Positions 1 through 12,624 are shown, numbered from the whole stretch's first letter. The stretch is DNA of 62,976 nucleotides, filler included, from Octopus bimaculoides (GCF_001194135.2; 6 parts of 6 records of this genome joined end to end with filler, not necessarily neighbours in it); one strand, 5' to 3'. Notes: a model not told the origin generated them from the sequence alone. A program made the numbers and translations.

Positions 1-38
<38 letters not shown>

Positions 39-408
39 CCTATCTTTCTGTCTATAGACTTAGATATACACACACGCATGCATACGCATACGCACGTTTG
101 TACATTCCTGTGTATACACAAAACTATATATGTACAAATATAGGTGTGGGGGGGGGACAAAGCTGTTTTAGTATGTAAATATACAACTACGTTGTCAGAC
201 AGACACACACAAATACACACGGTGGGCGTCTGCTTTGCTGGTCTTTTTTAAGACAGTCGTAAATTTTCACTATATATCATATGTACTTTGTAATAGCTAT
301 GTGTGTGATAAAGGTCAGATTTTTGTGTCATATTTCTGAATCACAGCTAACACTTAATCTCCCGGAATTTGATGATGCAATTAATATCTGATATGAAAAT
401 GGAAATTC

Positions 409-411
<3 letters not shown>

Positions 412-445
<34 letters not shown>

Positions 446-825
446 CACAGCAACAATAACAACTCAGTAGAATCCCCAATGCCTTGATGCATTACTAGGT
501 ACTGACTCTCATGGCTTCTGATCTTAACTGATCGGAAGTGTTATGTACATTGTTTTGTCTTTGTGCAAAAGATGGGCTACAGCAAATATTCTGTTCAATA
601 CGACAGATTTGCTTGTCAGTTGTTTGACCTTAACCAGTTGAGTATACGCCTTAGTCGCTGACGATAAATGCATCTCTGATCACGAGCAGAAGTAGTGGGG
701 GTGCATCATAGCCATGTTTTGATAGGAATTCTTTGGGGTTTGGATAGTTCACATTTTAAAACATGCGTGTTTAGTTCAATATCCTTAAACAACACTTATT
801 CAGGGACCATTTGAGTGGGAAATGC
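412..825 (-). mobile_element. 3' end of a LINE-like repeat with (ATT)n tail, clade not determined
   Basis: Reverse-complement homolog of 44715-45145. Shared blocks include GATAACACTTCC-ATC-GTTAAGATCAGAA-CCATG and CTGCTCGTGATCAGAGATGCA. The (AAT)n run at 412-445 corresponds to the tail. Confidence 0.75.
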
Positions 826-1339
826 ACCCAGACAAAACAATGTACATGATAACACTTCTAATCAGTTTATACACAGGTATCGGTTTGATCAAAAGAGGTC
901 GGAAAAATTAAGTGCGACGTTCACCTCATTGAAATTTAGATTCAGACTGCAAGAATATGCTATCAATTTTTTTTTTCTCATGTTGGCACATGACCAAATA
1001 TTTTCTGGGGAAGCGGTTAATCGTTTGAAAAGACACAAGTGCTTGAGAGAAACTCTATTTTACCTGTCCAGGACAGATGGCAAGCAAGCATATCTTCTTC
1101 GACAGGTTTTTGAAATCAGAATGCAAAGAGCGGTAGAAATAGAACTATAAGGGTCTAACAAATCTGCTTTGGCATCGTTCTTTTAAGAATCAAACAAATT
1201 ACAAGTTTGATATGCAATTACAGATGTCAAAAATATAGATGGGGAAGTAGACTATAGATTTTTTTTTTTTTTTTTTTTTTTTTGTAGAGGTAGTAAGAAT
1301 GTGAAGAAAATTATTTATTTCACATTTTGACTTGAGGCC

Positions 1340-2232
1340 CAAAGTTTCGGGGTACTGAGGAATTTCAACCATGTTTCGTGGTCTGCTATCACAACAGCTC
1401 CTTTATAGGATCCAGTTAGCTCAAGACATCATCAGGAGGAACCACGTCCGGCTTCGGCCCCTACTCCTCTACCGTTTTGACGTGCCCCCCCCCCTTTCGG
1501 AGGTGTCTTCAGCTCTGGTGTTGGGTGCATGTCTTCTTTCTTCTATTCCCTGGCCTCTTCGATGCAGCATCAACGAGTGTCAGCGTCCGACTGATTGTCT
1601 TGTCAAATTCCCCTTTTTATACTTGCTGCTAGGCTCCAGCAGGATGTCCCAGCAAGTTGTCACGTAACACTGTCTAAATTTCCCGCTGCTAGGGTCCAGT
1701 AGGCAGCCCTAGCAAGTTGCCACATGACACTGTCTAAAGTTCCCGCTCCAGCAAGTAGCCCCAGAAAGTTGTCACGTGACACTGTCTAAACTTTAACTGA
1801 CGATGGAGGGCGCGTAATCTTAGCCCACGCATGGTCTAACTGAGACCGTCACCTGTCAATCAGCGAAGCCACTTCAGTGTCAGCCTGTCTCACTTAACGA
1901 TGTTATTTTCCTTATGACTTTCAAGCCATATTTGGTCTTCCCGCTTCAGCCATATATAGAAGCTGACTTTTTCGACCGCCTCCTGTATCCTCCTTATCAG
2001 TTTTCTCAGTTCCGAGCTTCAAAACGCAAATCTTCTCTTGAATAGCGCTGTCATTTTTCTTTCACTGAAACCTCTAGTTCCCACTGCCAGACGGTAGTAC
2101 TCGACAGTCCATCCCTGTTCTCTGCACTCTTTGATTAGTTTCTCGTATCTCTTCTCCTTTCGTTTCTCTGCATTGTCGATGTTATCTTCTCATGGTACTG
2201 TCAGTCCTAGCAAGATTCCTATTCTCCGTTCT
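1340..2232 (-). mobile_element. HERO-like RLE non-LTR retrotransposon remnant (C-terminal endonuclease plus probable 3' UTR)
   Basis: Minus-strand 2230-1890 translates as RRIGILLGLTVP*EDNIDNAEKRKEKRYEKLIKECREQGWTVEYYRLAVGTRGF...EAVEKVSFYIWLKREDQIW. This fits the HERO-type pattern (E)LTVPWE..K..Y..L...C...GW......VG.RGF. Two in-frame stops. The extent of the UTR is inferred. Confidence 0.8.
1626..1792. repeat. 60-bp tandem repeat, about 2.8 copies
   Basis: Unit CTGCTAGGCTCCAGCAGGATGTCCCAGCAAGTTGTCACGTAACACTGTCTAAATTTCCCG at 1626-1685 and 1686-1745, with a shortened third copy. Confidence 0.9.
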
Positions 2233-2235
2233 GTG

Positions 2236-2810
2236 TTCCGAAAGGATGAAAGGCAAAGTCCTCCTTCGCAACATTTGAACTCAGGACGTAACCAAGAAAT
2301 ATCTCACGAAATATTTTGCCCAGCGTGGTAAAGATTCTGCCAGCTTGCTGCCTTTAACCCAAATAGTTATTGATTTGAAATATTGACATAAGGCCAGTAA
2401 TTTCGGGGGAGAGTGTAAATCGGTTACACAGGCCCCAGTCTCCTACTGGTAAGTATTTTATCGATACTCAAAGGTTGAAAGGCAAAGTCAACTTTGGCGG
2501 CATTTTAAGTCAGAACGTAAAGTGGGATGAAACGCCGCTAAGCATTTTGCTCGATGTGTAAACGATTCTGCTAGTACTCCGCCTTAATACGAAACAAAAT
2601 ATTCGTTTCAACTTTCGGTACAAGGCCAGCAATTTCAAGAGGTGTCAGTCAACTGCATGGATCCCGTTTTCAGCTGGCATTTATTTTATCGACTCCCGAA
2701 AAGATGGACGGTAAAGACGACGCCGGGGGCATTGGAACTCAGAAAATATAGTCAGAAGAAATGCCGCTAAGCATTTTCCGCGTGCGGTCACAATTCTGCC
2801 AGACCACCGC
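2236..2810 (-). mobile_element. Three adjacent copies of the Nin-domain-like tRNA-derived SINE (octopus OK-like family)
   Basis: Copies at about 2236-2352, 2390-2583 and 2618-2810. Each carries variants of GAAAGGATGAAAGGCAAAGTC...TTTGAACTCAG...CGCTAAGCATTTT...ATTCTGCCAG. Confidence 0.85.
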
Positions 2811-3248
2811 TTTACACGCAGCTAAACATTACAAGACATTTTGTCCGACCGATGTTGCTGCCATTCTCAGAACATATAAACTTTTAATGTTGCAATAGCG
2901 TTTGAAAAGAAATCTTTAATAAAATATAATTGATTTTCCAGCACACTTCAGACAATTCTACTTAGAGATTTAAAATAACAACGATTTCCTTATAGGAATA
3001 TGAAAATATCTATATATTATTTTAGGAAGATATTAAAAGAAAAAATGGTAGAATTTACTTGGAATAACATAGATATTTTATTTTTAAAATTTAAGATTGT
3101 TCTTTAAATACCAGGAACATGTTTTTGTCTCCGTTGTTATCAAAATATTACGTGCGCAAGTTCAAATCGATTTAATAACGCGCTCACAGTGTAATGTACG
3201 TATACGTACGAATATGTGTATATGTGTGTGAGTGTGTGTGTATGTATA

Positions 3249-3279
<31 letters not shown>

Positions 3280-4129
3280 ATATTTGTGTGTGTATATATA
3301 TATATATANNNNNNNNNNGTGTGTGTGGAGCGAGAGGTGAATATATTTATTTAAACACTTGATATCCGAAGATATCTTTCTGCTGTTGATATGAAAGTGT
3401 ATATATGCAAGAATGTATGTGAGTGTAAATGGTTATATGCATATATGTGTATATCTATGTATGTGTTTCTCTATGTATTTACTTCTATATTATGCGCTTA
3501 TACATACGTATGGCTACACATGTTTGTGTATGTGTCCCAGTGTTTTTCTCCCTCTGTCATATCTATGTGTATTAAAAAGCTTACGACAATACAACAACGT
3601 GCGTGTGGTTGCGTATTTCTTTTTATTTTTTAGTATCTTAATGCTTATAAGTTTTTACCTGTAGTCAGGTGCTTTGTTTCGAATGCCGTTTATTGAGACA
3701 AAATGTATTTGGAGGACTTCTGAATTTTAACTCTACTTGAAAGTAAGTGTTTTTGAAAACGACCTCTTCATTTAATCTTAATATCTCCAGCTGTCTGTTC
3801 CCTACTGGATGCAAGTCTATTTATATTTTAATTTATTTTAAATTCACGTTTTTTTTTAAAATTAGTCTCAGTACTTTACTTCCTCTATTTCCTGTCATTT
3901 GTTTACATTAAGCTTGGTTAATTCTCTTAACTTAGATCAATCATCTTAATAGATAGCATACGAAATATATTTACGATTTATATTCAGTCTTTAATTACCT
4001 TACGAATTTCATTTTATCAAGAATCGATCTTCCATACATTGTGTATACATGCATACATACATACATACATACATACTTACACACATGCATACACCCCCCC
4101 ACACACACACAAACACACACATATATATA

Positions 4130-4245
4130 TTACGGGTTCAGTCCCACTGTGTAGCACCTTGGCCAAGTGTCTTCTACTACAGCCTCGGGCCGACCAAAGC
4201 CTTGTTAGTGGATTTGGTAGGCGACACTGAAGGAAGCACGTTGTA

Positions 4246-4318
<73 letters not shown>

Positions 4319-4587
4319 AATAATAAATGAGTATATGCTTATATACGTACAGGTGTGTGCATACCTACATCTACCTGTATATATGTGCATATCTGGGTAC
4401 AGGGCATTGCAAACAAAACGTAGACAAAAAAATTATAACCAGAGTACAGAACACACACAGGCGACATAGAGAACATTTTCCTTCATCAGCTACCCCCATT
4501 TTAACACAGGCGTTTCGAAGAGNNNNNNNNNNNNNNNNNNNNNNNNNNNNNNNNNNNNNNNNNNNNNNNNNNNNNNNNNNNNNNNNN

Positions 4588-4628
<41 letters not shown>

Positions 4629-4885
4629 TTGTATGTCTGTGTTTGTCCTCCCAACATCGCTTGACAACCGATGCTGGTGTTTACGTCCCCGTAAACTAGC
4701 GGTTCGGCAAAAGAGCCGATAGAATAAGTACTAGGCATACAAAGAATAAGTACTGGGGTCGATTTCAACTAGCAATAATCACGCCTCGGATTTACCTCAT
4801 TGGCTGGGGTCGATTTGTTCGACTAAAGGCGGTGCTCTATCATGGTCGCAGTCAAATGACTGAAACAAGCAAAAGAATAAAAGAA
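4130..4885 (+). mobile_element. CORE-like tRNA-derived SINE (octopus OR-type), head and tail separated by an expanded microsatellite tract
   Basis: Head GGTTCAGTCCCACTGTGTAGCACCTTGGCCAAGTGTCTTCTACTACAGCCTCGGGCCGACCAAAGCC at about 4135-4200. Tail GCTTGACAACCGATGCTGGTGTTTACGTCCCCGTAA...ATGACTGAAACAAG at about 4660-4870. Confidence 0.8.
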
Positions 4886-5306
4886 TATATATATATATGC
4901 TTTCGGTGCGAATGGTTTTTTTTTATACGGTCCCGAGTTTACAATCTTGTAAATAATAATATTGGTATTTTTATATATGCTTAAAGCTTATGGCGGTCAC
5001 CGCGCAATGACAAAGGAAAATAGTCTAATAAAGGGGGCATATAAACCGTCGGCAGAAAAAAAGAAGGCTTTCGTATCCGCTTGTCTGTGAAAAGGGGGTG
5101 TCTGTCTCCAAAACTCCGAAGTTGAGTAACGTTTTCGTGCTTGGATTTGTAAACTATGTTAAGAATGACACTGGTCAAAAATATGTAATATACTAACACA
5201 CAGAAAAATTAAAACAAAACACGTGCTGAAAATAATCTTGTGGTGTGAAGAACCAACATAGAACAACGCGTGGCACAGACACGAGTGAAGTGAAACACAA
5301 CGTGCG

Positions 5307-5352
5307 GTTGTCATGGTAACAAGCTGTTAATGCCTTACTGTCTGTTGATTGG
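5307..5352. promoter_or_regulatory. Candidate RFX X-box plus CCAAT box
   Basis: GTTGTCATGGTAAC (5307-5320) matches the 14-bp X-box consensus. ATTGG (reverse CCAAT) lies at 5348-5352. The surrounding sequence is unique and relatively CpG-rich. Confidence 0.35.
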
Positions 5353-6954
5353 CTAAAATTACCTAAATTTCCCAGTTTTAATTCCAACTATCTTCAGATT
5401 CTTTAATTTACGAGATAAAGTAATTGGTTGATTGTAATCAAAGTTCAGAGTTGCATCGATACACCAAAATTGAAAACAATCTGCTCTAAATTAAAGGGAG
5501 CTCATTTTGTGAATGAAACTAACTAGATCCCTAACTATTATTGTTTAATTTTTTAATTCTTTTCTTTCAGTCACTACACTGCGGCCATGCTGGGGCGCAG
5601 CCTTGAAGTGTTTAGTGGATCAATTCGAGTAGGTTACTTAAGTCTAGTACATAATTTCGTGCCTGAACCGCAATGTAACGGGGATGTAAACAAAGCGGTG
5701 AGCAGCGTTGAAAGATACGCATGCGCGCCCACACAAGGAAAAAAACAATCATACATGCATAGAGATAGACATATCCATGCACTCACGCCTCTCTCCTTCC
5801 CCCTCTCACGCTGTCCCTTTATCCTTTCCCTCTATCTTTCCTCCCCCATCTCTTTACCTTTATGCTGCTCTTTCTCCCTACCCACTTCTCTTTACTACTC
5901 TTCCTCTTTCTCTCTGCTATCCCTTCGATCTCCTGCTTTTCTTTCTTTTTATCTGACCCACTTTCTCCCTTTACTTTGCTTCTACTTCTACCTCGGCCTT
6001 TTCTTCTCTCTAAACCCTTCTCTTTCCGCCATCTCCTGACCATCCCAATTCTCTTTTCAATTTATTTTTTTTTGCTTCCTTGCTAGCTGGTCCAGCCACA
6101 CTTTTCCTCTGCTTTCACTGTCTCCTTTACCTTCAGAACTGGATGTATTTCTTCTTGCCATCTTTCCATCTCTATATTTCTTTACTTTTACTTTCAAGTC
6201 CTCTGAGACATTATATTCCATTTCCTTACTTATACACACATATCTTGTCCTCATTTTGTCTCAGAGCCGTAGCGCCTTTATGTTGCTAGTATATTTATAT
6301 TCACACCAACAATGGTGTCGTGTTTGTTTTTCTCATCATGCTCCACGTTCACTCATTATTCCTAATTGTCGACGCCACCAAAATGAACAACATTATTTTT
6401 TTAAAGAAGGTAGAATAATTCCACACTCCAATGTATGGGACTGGTGGAATTACTTTAGAGCGTTGAATAAAATATTTTGGGCTATTTTGTGCCGATTCTT
6501 TCGATTTGGAATTTTTAAACTGCTGTGGTGAACTTGTCAGTACCTGGCAGACAAATTGTCTGTCCACCAGTGTCTAAGGGCGTGAATTTTGCTCTAAAAG
6601 ACTTCACCAGGTGGTACTCTTATGTTATACATGGCTTGGCCTATACTAGCCGAAACCTATCTAAGTTATATAAAACAAAATGTATTCTAATAGGAAAAAT
6701 TCCACACCAAGTACACAACGCTTGTCAAGGAATTCACCAGAGACCGTCATGCTGGCATATAGAAGAAGTGTATGGTTGGAGGGTTTTGTTCGTTAATTCT
6801 AGTAAGTTAACATCGGCTGTGGTTAGAAAATATGGTATTCAAGTTAATGAAATGCTAAGTATAATATTTATACATTTAATTATTTAGAAATATTTGCTTC
6901 TCCATATGATTTCGGTGTTTAAATGAAGCAAACGAATTCTAAAATATTTCACTG

Positions 6955-7001
<47 letters not shown>

Positions 7002-7025
7002 CTTTCTCTGTTTCTNNNNNNNNNN

Positions 7026-7061
<36 letters not shown>

Positions 7062-7802
7062 TCTCTCTCCCTCTCTCTCTCTCTATCTCTCTCTCCCTTT
7101 CAGTGTCTCTCAAAAATCGATCAATGGAGCTTATAGGATGAAATGTGAAGGAGCGACTTCTATCAATAAATAAATCACCATTAAAATACTAATCGACCAC
7201 TATAAATAATAACTAGATAGATTGCCGACATTGATTGATAGACAATATATCAGATATTACGCTTAAGTTAACATCTCATATATTTTCATATATTAATGGT
7301 TAGTGAATCTGTCTTTAATTATAAAGAGTTCTTATTGAAACACTTCACACAACATGTTATAAATGATTACAAGTTTAAAGAACACGACTCGAAGATTATC
7401 ATTAAATTTTCAAATATTTTGCCAGCTTCCTTTCTTTGCGATATTATTGGTATACCCGTAATGTAAAGTTTATTCTGTAGGATGTTCTCTCTTCATTTAG
7501 AATAAACAAATAAGAAAGCATCTTTAAGACACATATTTGAAGAAGGAGTCACTTGATTAAAAAGACCTCAGTATTTAAATGGTTCTTTATTTTATACACC
7601 CAGGGCGTATAAAAGGTAAAATTAACCTCGTTGGAATTTGAACTCAAAATTACACAGAATTCAAAGAGCTGGAGTAAAAATGATGTAAGACATTTTGATA
7701 GACATATAAATGAATTTTATATGTTTGAAAGGATGTTTATCCCTCAAGAAAGTATAAAAGGCAAAGTTGACCCCAGCAGGATTAATACGGAATGTAAACA
7801 AG

Positions 7803-8015
7803 ACGGCGAGCTGGCAGAAACGTTAGAACTGCAGGTGAAATGCTTAGCGGTTTTTCGTCTGTCTTTACGTTCTGAGTTCAAATTCCGCCGAGGTGGCCTT
7901 TGCATTTCATCCTTTCGGGGTCGATAAACTAAGTACCAGTTACGTACTGGGGTCGATCTAATTGACTGGCACCCTCCCCAAAAATGTCGGACCTTGTGCC
8001 TAGAGTAGAAAAGAA
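7803..8015 (+). mobile_element. Nin-domain-like tRNA SINE, near full length
   Basis: GGCGAGCTGGCAGAAACGTTAG...GAGTTCAAATTCCGCCGAGG...CATCCTTTCGGGGTCGATAAACTAAGTACC...CTTGTGCCTAGAGTAGAAAAGAA; A-box and B-box like motifs present. Confidence 0.9.
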
Positions 8016-8602
8016 TACGGAGCGTAAACAAGATGTATCTAAGATACTATAATATATTTTGTGAGGCATATAAAAGAATCTTCCGCTCTTTAGGAATCGA
8101 CGTCATTACAACACTGTATTTATCGACACCGAAAAGATGAAACGCGGCTAATGTAGTATAATAATGATTTCAAATTTTGGCTAAAGACAAGTAATTTTGG
8201 GGAGGGGGATGTCGATTGCATGCCCCCCCCCCCTAATGCCATGACTGGTACTCATTTTATCGACATCGAGAAAATGAAATGCGAAGTTGACCTCGGTGTA
8301 ACTTAATGTTGTATTATGTTGTTAAGAAGCAAGTATTTCTAAAGTATTCCTAAAAGTTATACCTGTTCTTCGGCTTCAATTCTAAATCTTTTCATCGCAC
8401 ATGCCATCCCTCGACCGGCTAGAAATACCAGTCAACTTTCCCTCCACTCATATAACTTCCCTTCTACACCATTAGATCAACGATCGATTTCTGGTGAAGA
8501 CCTTGACAGGCACTATGTATATATTCTGTATATACTATTCGTCAATAACTAAGCTTTATATTATTTTATTCTATTACACAGGGTAGGTAAAATGTCAACC
8601 AA

Positions 8603-8679
8603 ATGTCACAGAGAATAGAAATGTTGTCGGTACCAGAGATAAAGCCACCAGATTTAGCCACGAACCCACATATCGCAAT
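8603..8679 (+). CDS. Speculative first coding exon (MSQRIEMLSVPEIKPPDLATNPHIA)
   Basis: Acceptor ttattctattacacAG at 8580-8581, ATG at 8603 and donor GTACGT at 8680. No homology recognised. Confidence 0.15.
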
Positions 8680-8759
8680 GTACGTCAGATTCCCTGGTTT
8701 ATAGTCCACTGTGTATTATTATTATTTTGTGATTATTATTATAATTATTTCAATTTAAA

Positions 8760-9430
8760 GCGGTGAGCTGTCTGAATCCTTAGCAGGAAGGGCAGAATAC
8801 TTCGCAGCATTTTTGTCAGTCTTGACGCTCTGAGTTCAGATTCCGCTGAGGTTGCGTAGATTTTCGTCCTTGCTCAGTCATATCAATAATTACCAATCAA
8901 GTGTTGGGGTTAAAGTAATCGATTAATCCCTATCCTACTAGAATTGATGGTTTGTGCCAAAATTCGAAGCAATTGTTATTACTTCTAGTTTTGGATCAAA
9001 GACAGCAAATTTGAGGGTTTCTAAACGTCGGTTACATCAACTGCTGTACTTTACACTAATTTATCAACCCTATGGATTAATTTTACCCAGAAGGAATAAA
9101 AGGCAAAATTGGCCTCGGATGAATCTGAACTCAGAACTCAAAGAGCCGAATGAAATGTCTTGAATTTTGTCTGAAATACAATCAGACTTTTCTGCTAATC
9201 GCCTTCCTCTTAAGGTATCATATTTTAGGAGAAGCTCGCCAATTTTAAAGGTTAGTGTTAGTTCATGACAGCGATCCCACTGCTCAGCTGTTATTTCTTT
9301 TAACAGCTCCGAAACGATGAAAGACAAAATGTCCCTCGGCGAAATTAGAACACAGAACATGGAGATTTGTAAGAAATACTACTAAGCATTTTACCTCAGT
9401 CGTGCTAACAATTGTGCTAACTCACCGGCT
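8760..9430. mobile_element. Cluster of degraded Nin-domain-like SINE copies (8760-8970 +, 8990-9210 -, 9300-9430 -)
   Basis: Diverged matches to the same SINE motifs (GAGTTCAGATTCCGC, AAAAGGCAAAATTGGCCTCGG, CTAAGCATTTT). Confidence 0.7.
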
Positions 9431-10289
9431 TTGCACACAGATTAAATGAAAATATAGTCCAAATCTTAAAACTGATTGGAAGGAAATAAAAGTTGTAAAA
9501 AGAAAAAAATGCCAAAAATAAAGACAATACGTGTTATCTTGATACCATGAACGAATGTATTGTAATAAATTAATGTTTCATGTAAGGTGCAGAGCACCCA
9601 GTGCAGTCGCTGCACCGAAATCAGTGCAGAAATAACTAACATTATTGTTATTCTCTAGCATAGAGATAACAGATATCATTTATTGTTGCACTAAAGCAAA
9701 AACACCCGCCTGTCTAAATTCACAAAGCTGAACAGGATCTCGCTGCTAGGAAGAGATATACAATTCGACAATATACAGCACAGCGCTGATAAAACTTCAT
9801 TATACACATCCTTATCTCTTCACTATATTTCTTTTAAAAAATTCTTATATGAAGAAATAAATAAAAGTAAAAACAGAACATTGCTAAGAATAAAACAAGT
9901 AAATTTGTAACGATACTTAAGAAACAGACGAACGCAAGAAAGCCTCTACATAGTCGCTTGTCATCGCTAGAAAGAGCAAATGAATCTCATTAAAACTTCA
10001 TTTTACAACGAAGCAAAATATTTCCTTTCATGCAAACATGCTCTCGTGTAAGATGTAGTATTTGCATGTTCTTTTTATTCTTCATCTCGTTGTTGTTGTT
10101 GTTGTTGTTGTTTATTGGTTGGCTAACACAGGTCGTTGGCTGAAGGTCAATGACTGTCCAGCCGTGACCATTCTTATAGGAAGGTAGTCTCTCGTAGTCC
10201 GAGAAAGATGGTTCTGCAATTCATTTTTTTCAAAAACCTTTACAAATGATTTTTCTATAATGATGAAATGTATGTGATGTGCATCAGCT

Positions 10290-10490
10290 CACTCTCTCTA
10301 TACAAACGATCTTACTTGTGCAGGTGCACGGTGTACCATACTTCAGGTGTTGCAACGATTGCAGAGTAACATAAGATGAAGTGTTTTGTCGCAAAAAAAC
10401 AACGCACCCCGCGATTCAGGAAATGAATCCACGATATAGTGATCGCTAGTGCAACACCCCTACCACAAGACCATGCGCTTTCACTATAGT
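10290..10490 (-). mobile_element. Degraded tRNA-head SINE, third family
   Basis: The minus strand reads GCATGGTCTTGTGGTAGGGGTGTTGCACTAGCGATC...GGATTCATTTCC, similar to the heads at 53375 and 55440. Confidence 0.55.
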
Positions 10491-10714
10491 ATATATGTAA
10501 ATATATTATCTGATGTTCGTCTCAGGCATAGTCTAGCAAGGACTACTCTATCCGATGGGTTTTCAAATATAGTGTAACTAGAATTAAATACTAATTTGTC
10601 TTTCAGGCATAGAGAATCTCGGACTACACTATCTCATGTACCATTCATACAAAAGGTATCTCGGACTACATCGTCTCAGGTATTTCCTGGTATTGTGTAT
10701 CTAAGAACCTTTTC

Positions 10715-10865
10715 TACTCTAGGCACAAGGCCCAAAATTTTGGGGGAGGAGGCCAATCGATTATATCGACCCCAGTACACAACTGGGATTTAATTTATCG
10801 ACCCCAGTACACAACGGGGATTTAATTTATCGACCCCTAAAGGATGAAAGCAAAGTCGACCTTGT
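10715..10865 (-). mobile_element. Nin-domain-like SINE fragment with an internal 32-bp tandem duplication
   Basis: ATCGACCCCAGTACACAAC(T/G)GGGATTTAATTT occurs twice, followed by ATCGACCCCTAAAGGATGAAAGCAAAGTCGACC. Confidence 0.8.
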
Positions 10866-11047
10866 AAATAAAGACTGTTGTGTTTTAAATGCTGTTCAGG
10901 CAATTTGTTTCGATATGTAATAGAAAAATAGATAAGTGGTGGTAGTAGCGGTGGTGAGTATTTCGTTGCTGCCAACAGTGAACATTGGAGTTTTTAGTCA
11001 GCTGTGAAGTAAATGAGCAAGTGGATGTGTATTCGCCTGAAATACAC

Positions 11048-11121
<74 letters not shown>

Positions 11122-11799
11122 AGTGGAAGAAAGAAAGAAAATAAGAGAGAGAGACTCAGGGAGAGAGAAGAAATATTTGAATCCCTGCTGGGGCTGGTAT
11201 ATTATTTATCAGCGAGCAGGCAATATTATTAGCACGCCGGACAAAACACCAGGCGTCATTTCGTCCGACTATACGGTGTAAGTTAAAATTACGCTGAGAT
11301 CGATATTGTCTTTCACAAGTTCGAGATTGCTAAAAAAAACCTATCAGTCGTCCATTGTGGTCGGTGTTATCGAGCACCGCCCCGCTACCCAGTAATTTCA
11401 GGTTTTCTGTCTATCGGAGAAAGGAATATTTATCGACCTTCAAAGAAAATCAAAAATAATGTCGGCAGCTGGGCTTGAACTCTTCGCAGCGGGCAGAGTA
11501 CCGCATCGTGTATCACAATGCGCCCTATCCGACTCTCTAAAGAATCTGTCAGTTCGCCAAATTAAGAAGAGACTAGCAGAAACAAAAGCTTCATAACAAA
11601 ATTGGTTGTTGTAGTAATAATTGCAGCAAAGGCTGTAGTAGCTGTGGTTCTGATTATAGCGGTTGGGCGCAGTACTATCAACGGTGGTCCCTGGGGTGAG
11701 AGTAAGAGAAGAAATATAAAAGCGATTGTTGAGATCGACGCCGCTGTACACAGTGCTTCTTTCATGTCCGTTCTAATATTTTGTAAGTTTGTTTATCAG

Positions 11800-11915
11800 C
11801 ACTAATCCTTCATCGCCTCCAACAAAGACACAAATGAAAATACACATACAACAACAACAACAACAACAACAACAAAATCACCTCTTACGGTGCATAATTA
11901 ATTCATCTCAGATGT
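11800..11915 (+). CDS. Speculative internal exon with polyQ ([17 protein letters not shown]9[13 protein letters not shown])
   Basis: Acceptor gtttgtttatcAG at 11798-11799 and consensus donor GTAAGT at 11916. The frame is open and phase-compatible with the 8603-8679 candidate. The (CAA)n run could simply be a microsatellite. Confidence 0.15.
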
Positions 11916-12013
11916 GTAAGTACTTCTACTTATTAATCTGTGTTTATGTGCACCGTTTAGATCAAATATTATTCAAACGAATTTGTAAATATATATACAT
12001 ACATATATGTATA

Positions 12014-12088
<75 letters not shown>

Positions 12089-12347
12089 GTATATATATAT
12101 ACATATATATGTATATATATATATATGTATGTATATATATATCTGTATCTGTCTCCTATTTGTGTGTGTGTGTACATATATAATATATACATATAGATAT
12201 ATAATATATATACACATATATATAAGATGTATACAAATAGATATATATACAAATACATATACATATAATATACATATATATATATATATACCTACATACA
12301 TATAAATACATATACAAATACACATATATAAATATATACATACACAA

Positions 12348-12384
<37 letters not shown>

Positions 12385-12624
12385 CACCCCCCACACAGAC
12401 ATATATGTATATATAAATACACGTGCTCACATATATTTGTGCGTGCGTGTGTGTGTGTGTGTGTGTACGTGCGCGCGTTTTGTGCGTGTTATGCCCTCTC
12501 TTTCTTTTGAACTATCTAGATTTATTTAAAATCTTTAAAAGAAAATATATACGTATTTATGTTATATGTACACACATACAAACATACATACATATATATA
12601 CACAAATATATATATATATATATA

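Noticed and set aside
3665-3742. Exon-like segment with acceptor and consensus GTAAGT donor
   Set aside because: All three frames contain stops; it could only be non-coding and there is no other support.
6300-6800. GPCR-like words (FHTPMY) in one plus frame
   Set aside because: At least six stops in that frame and no consistent transmembrane pattern; likely chance.
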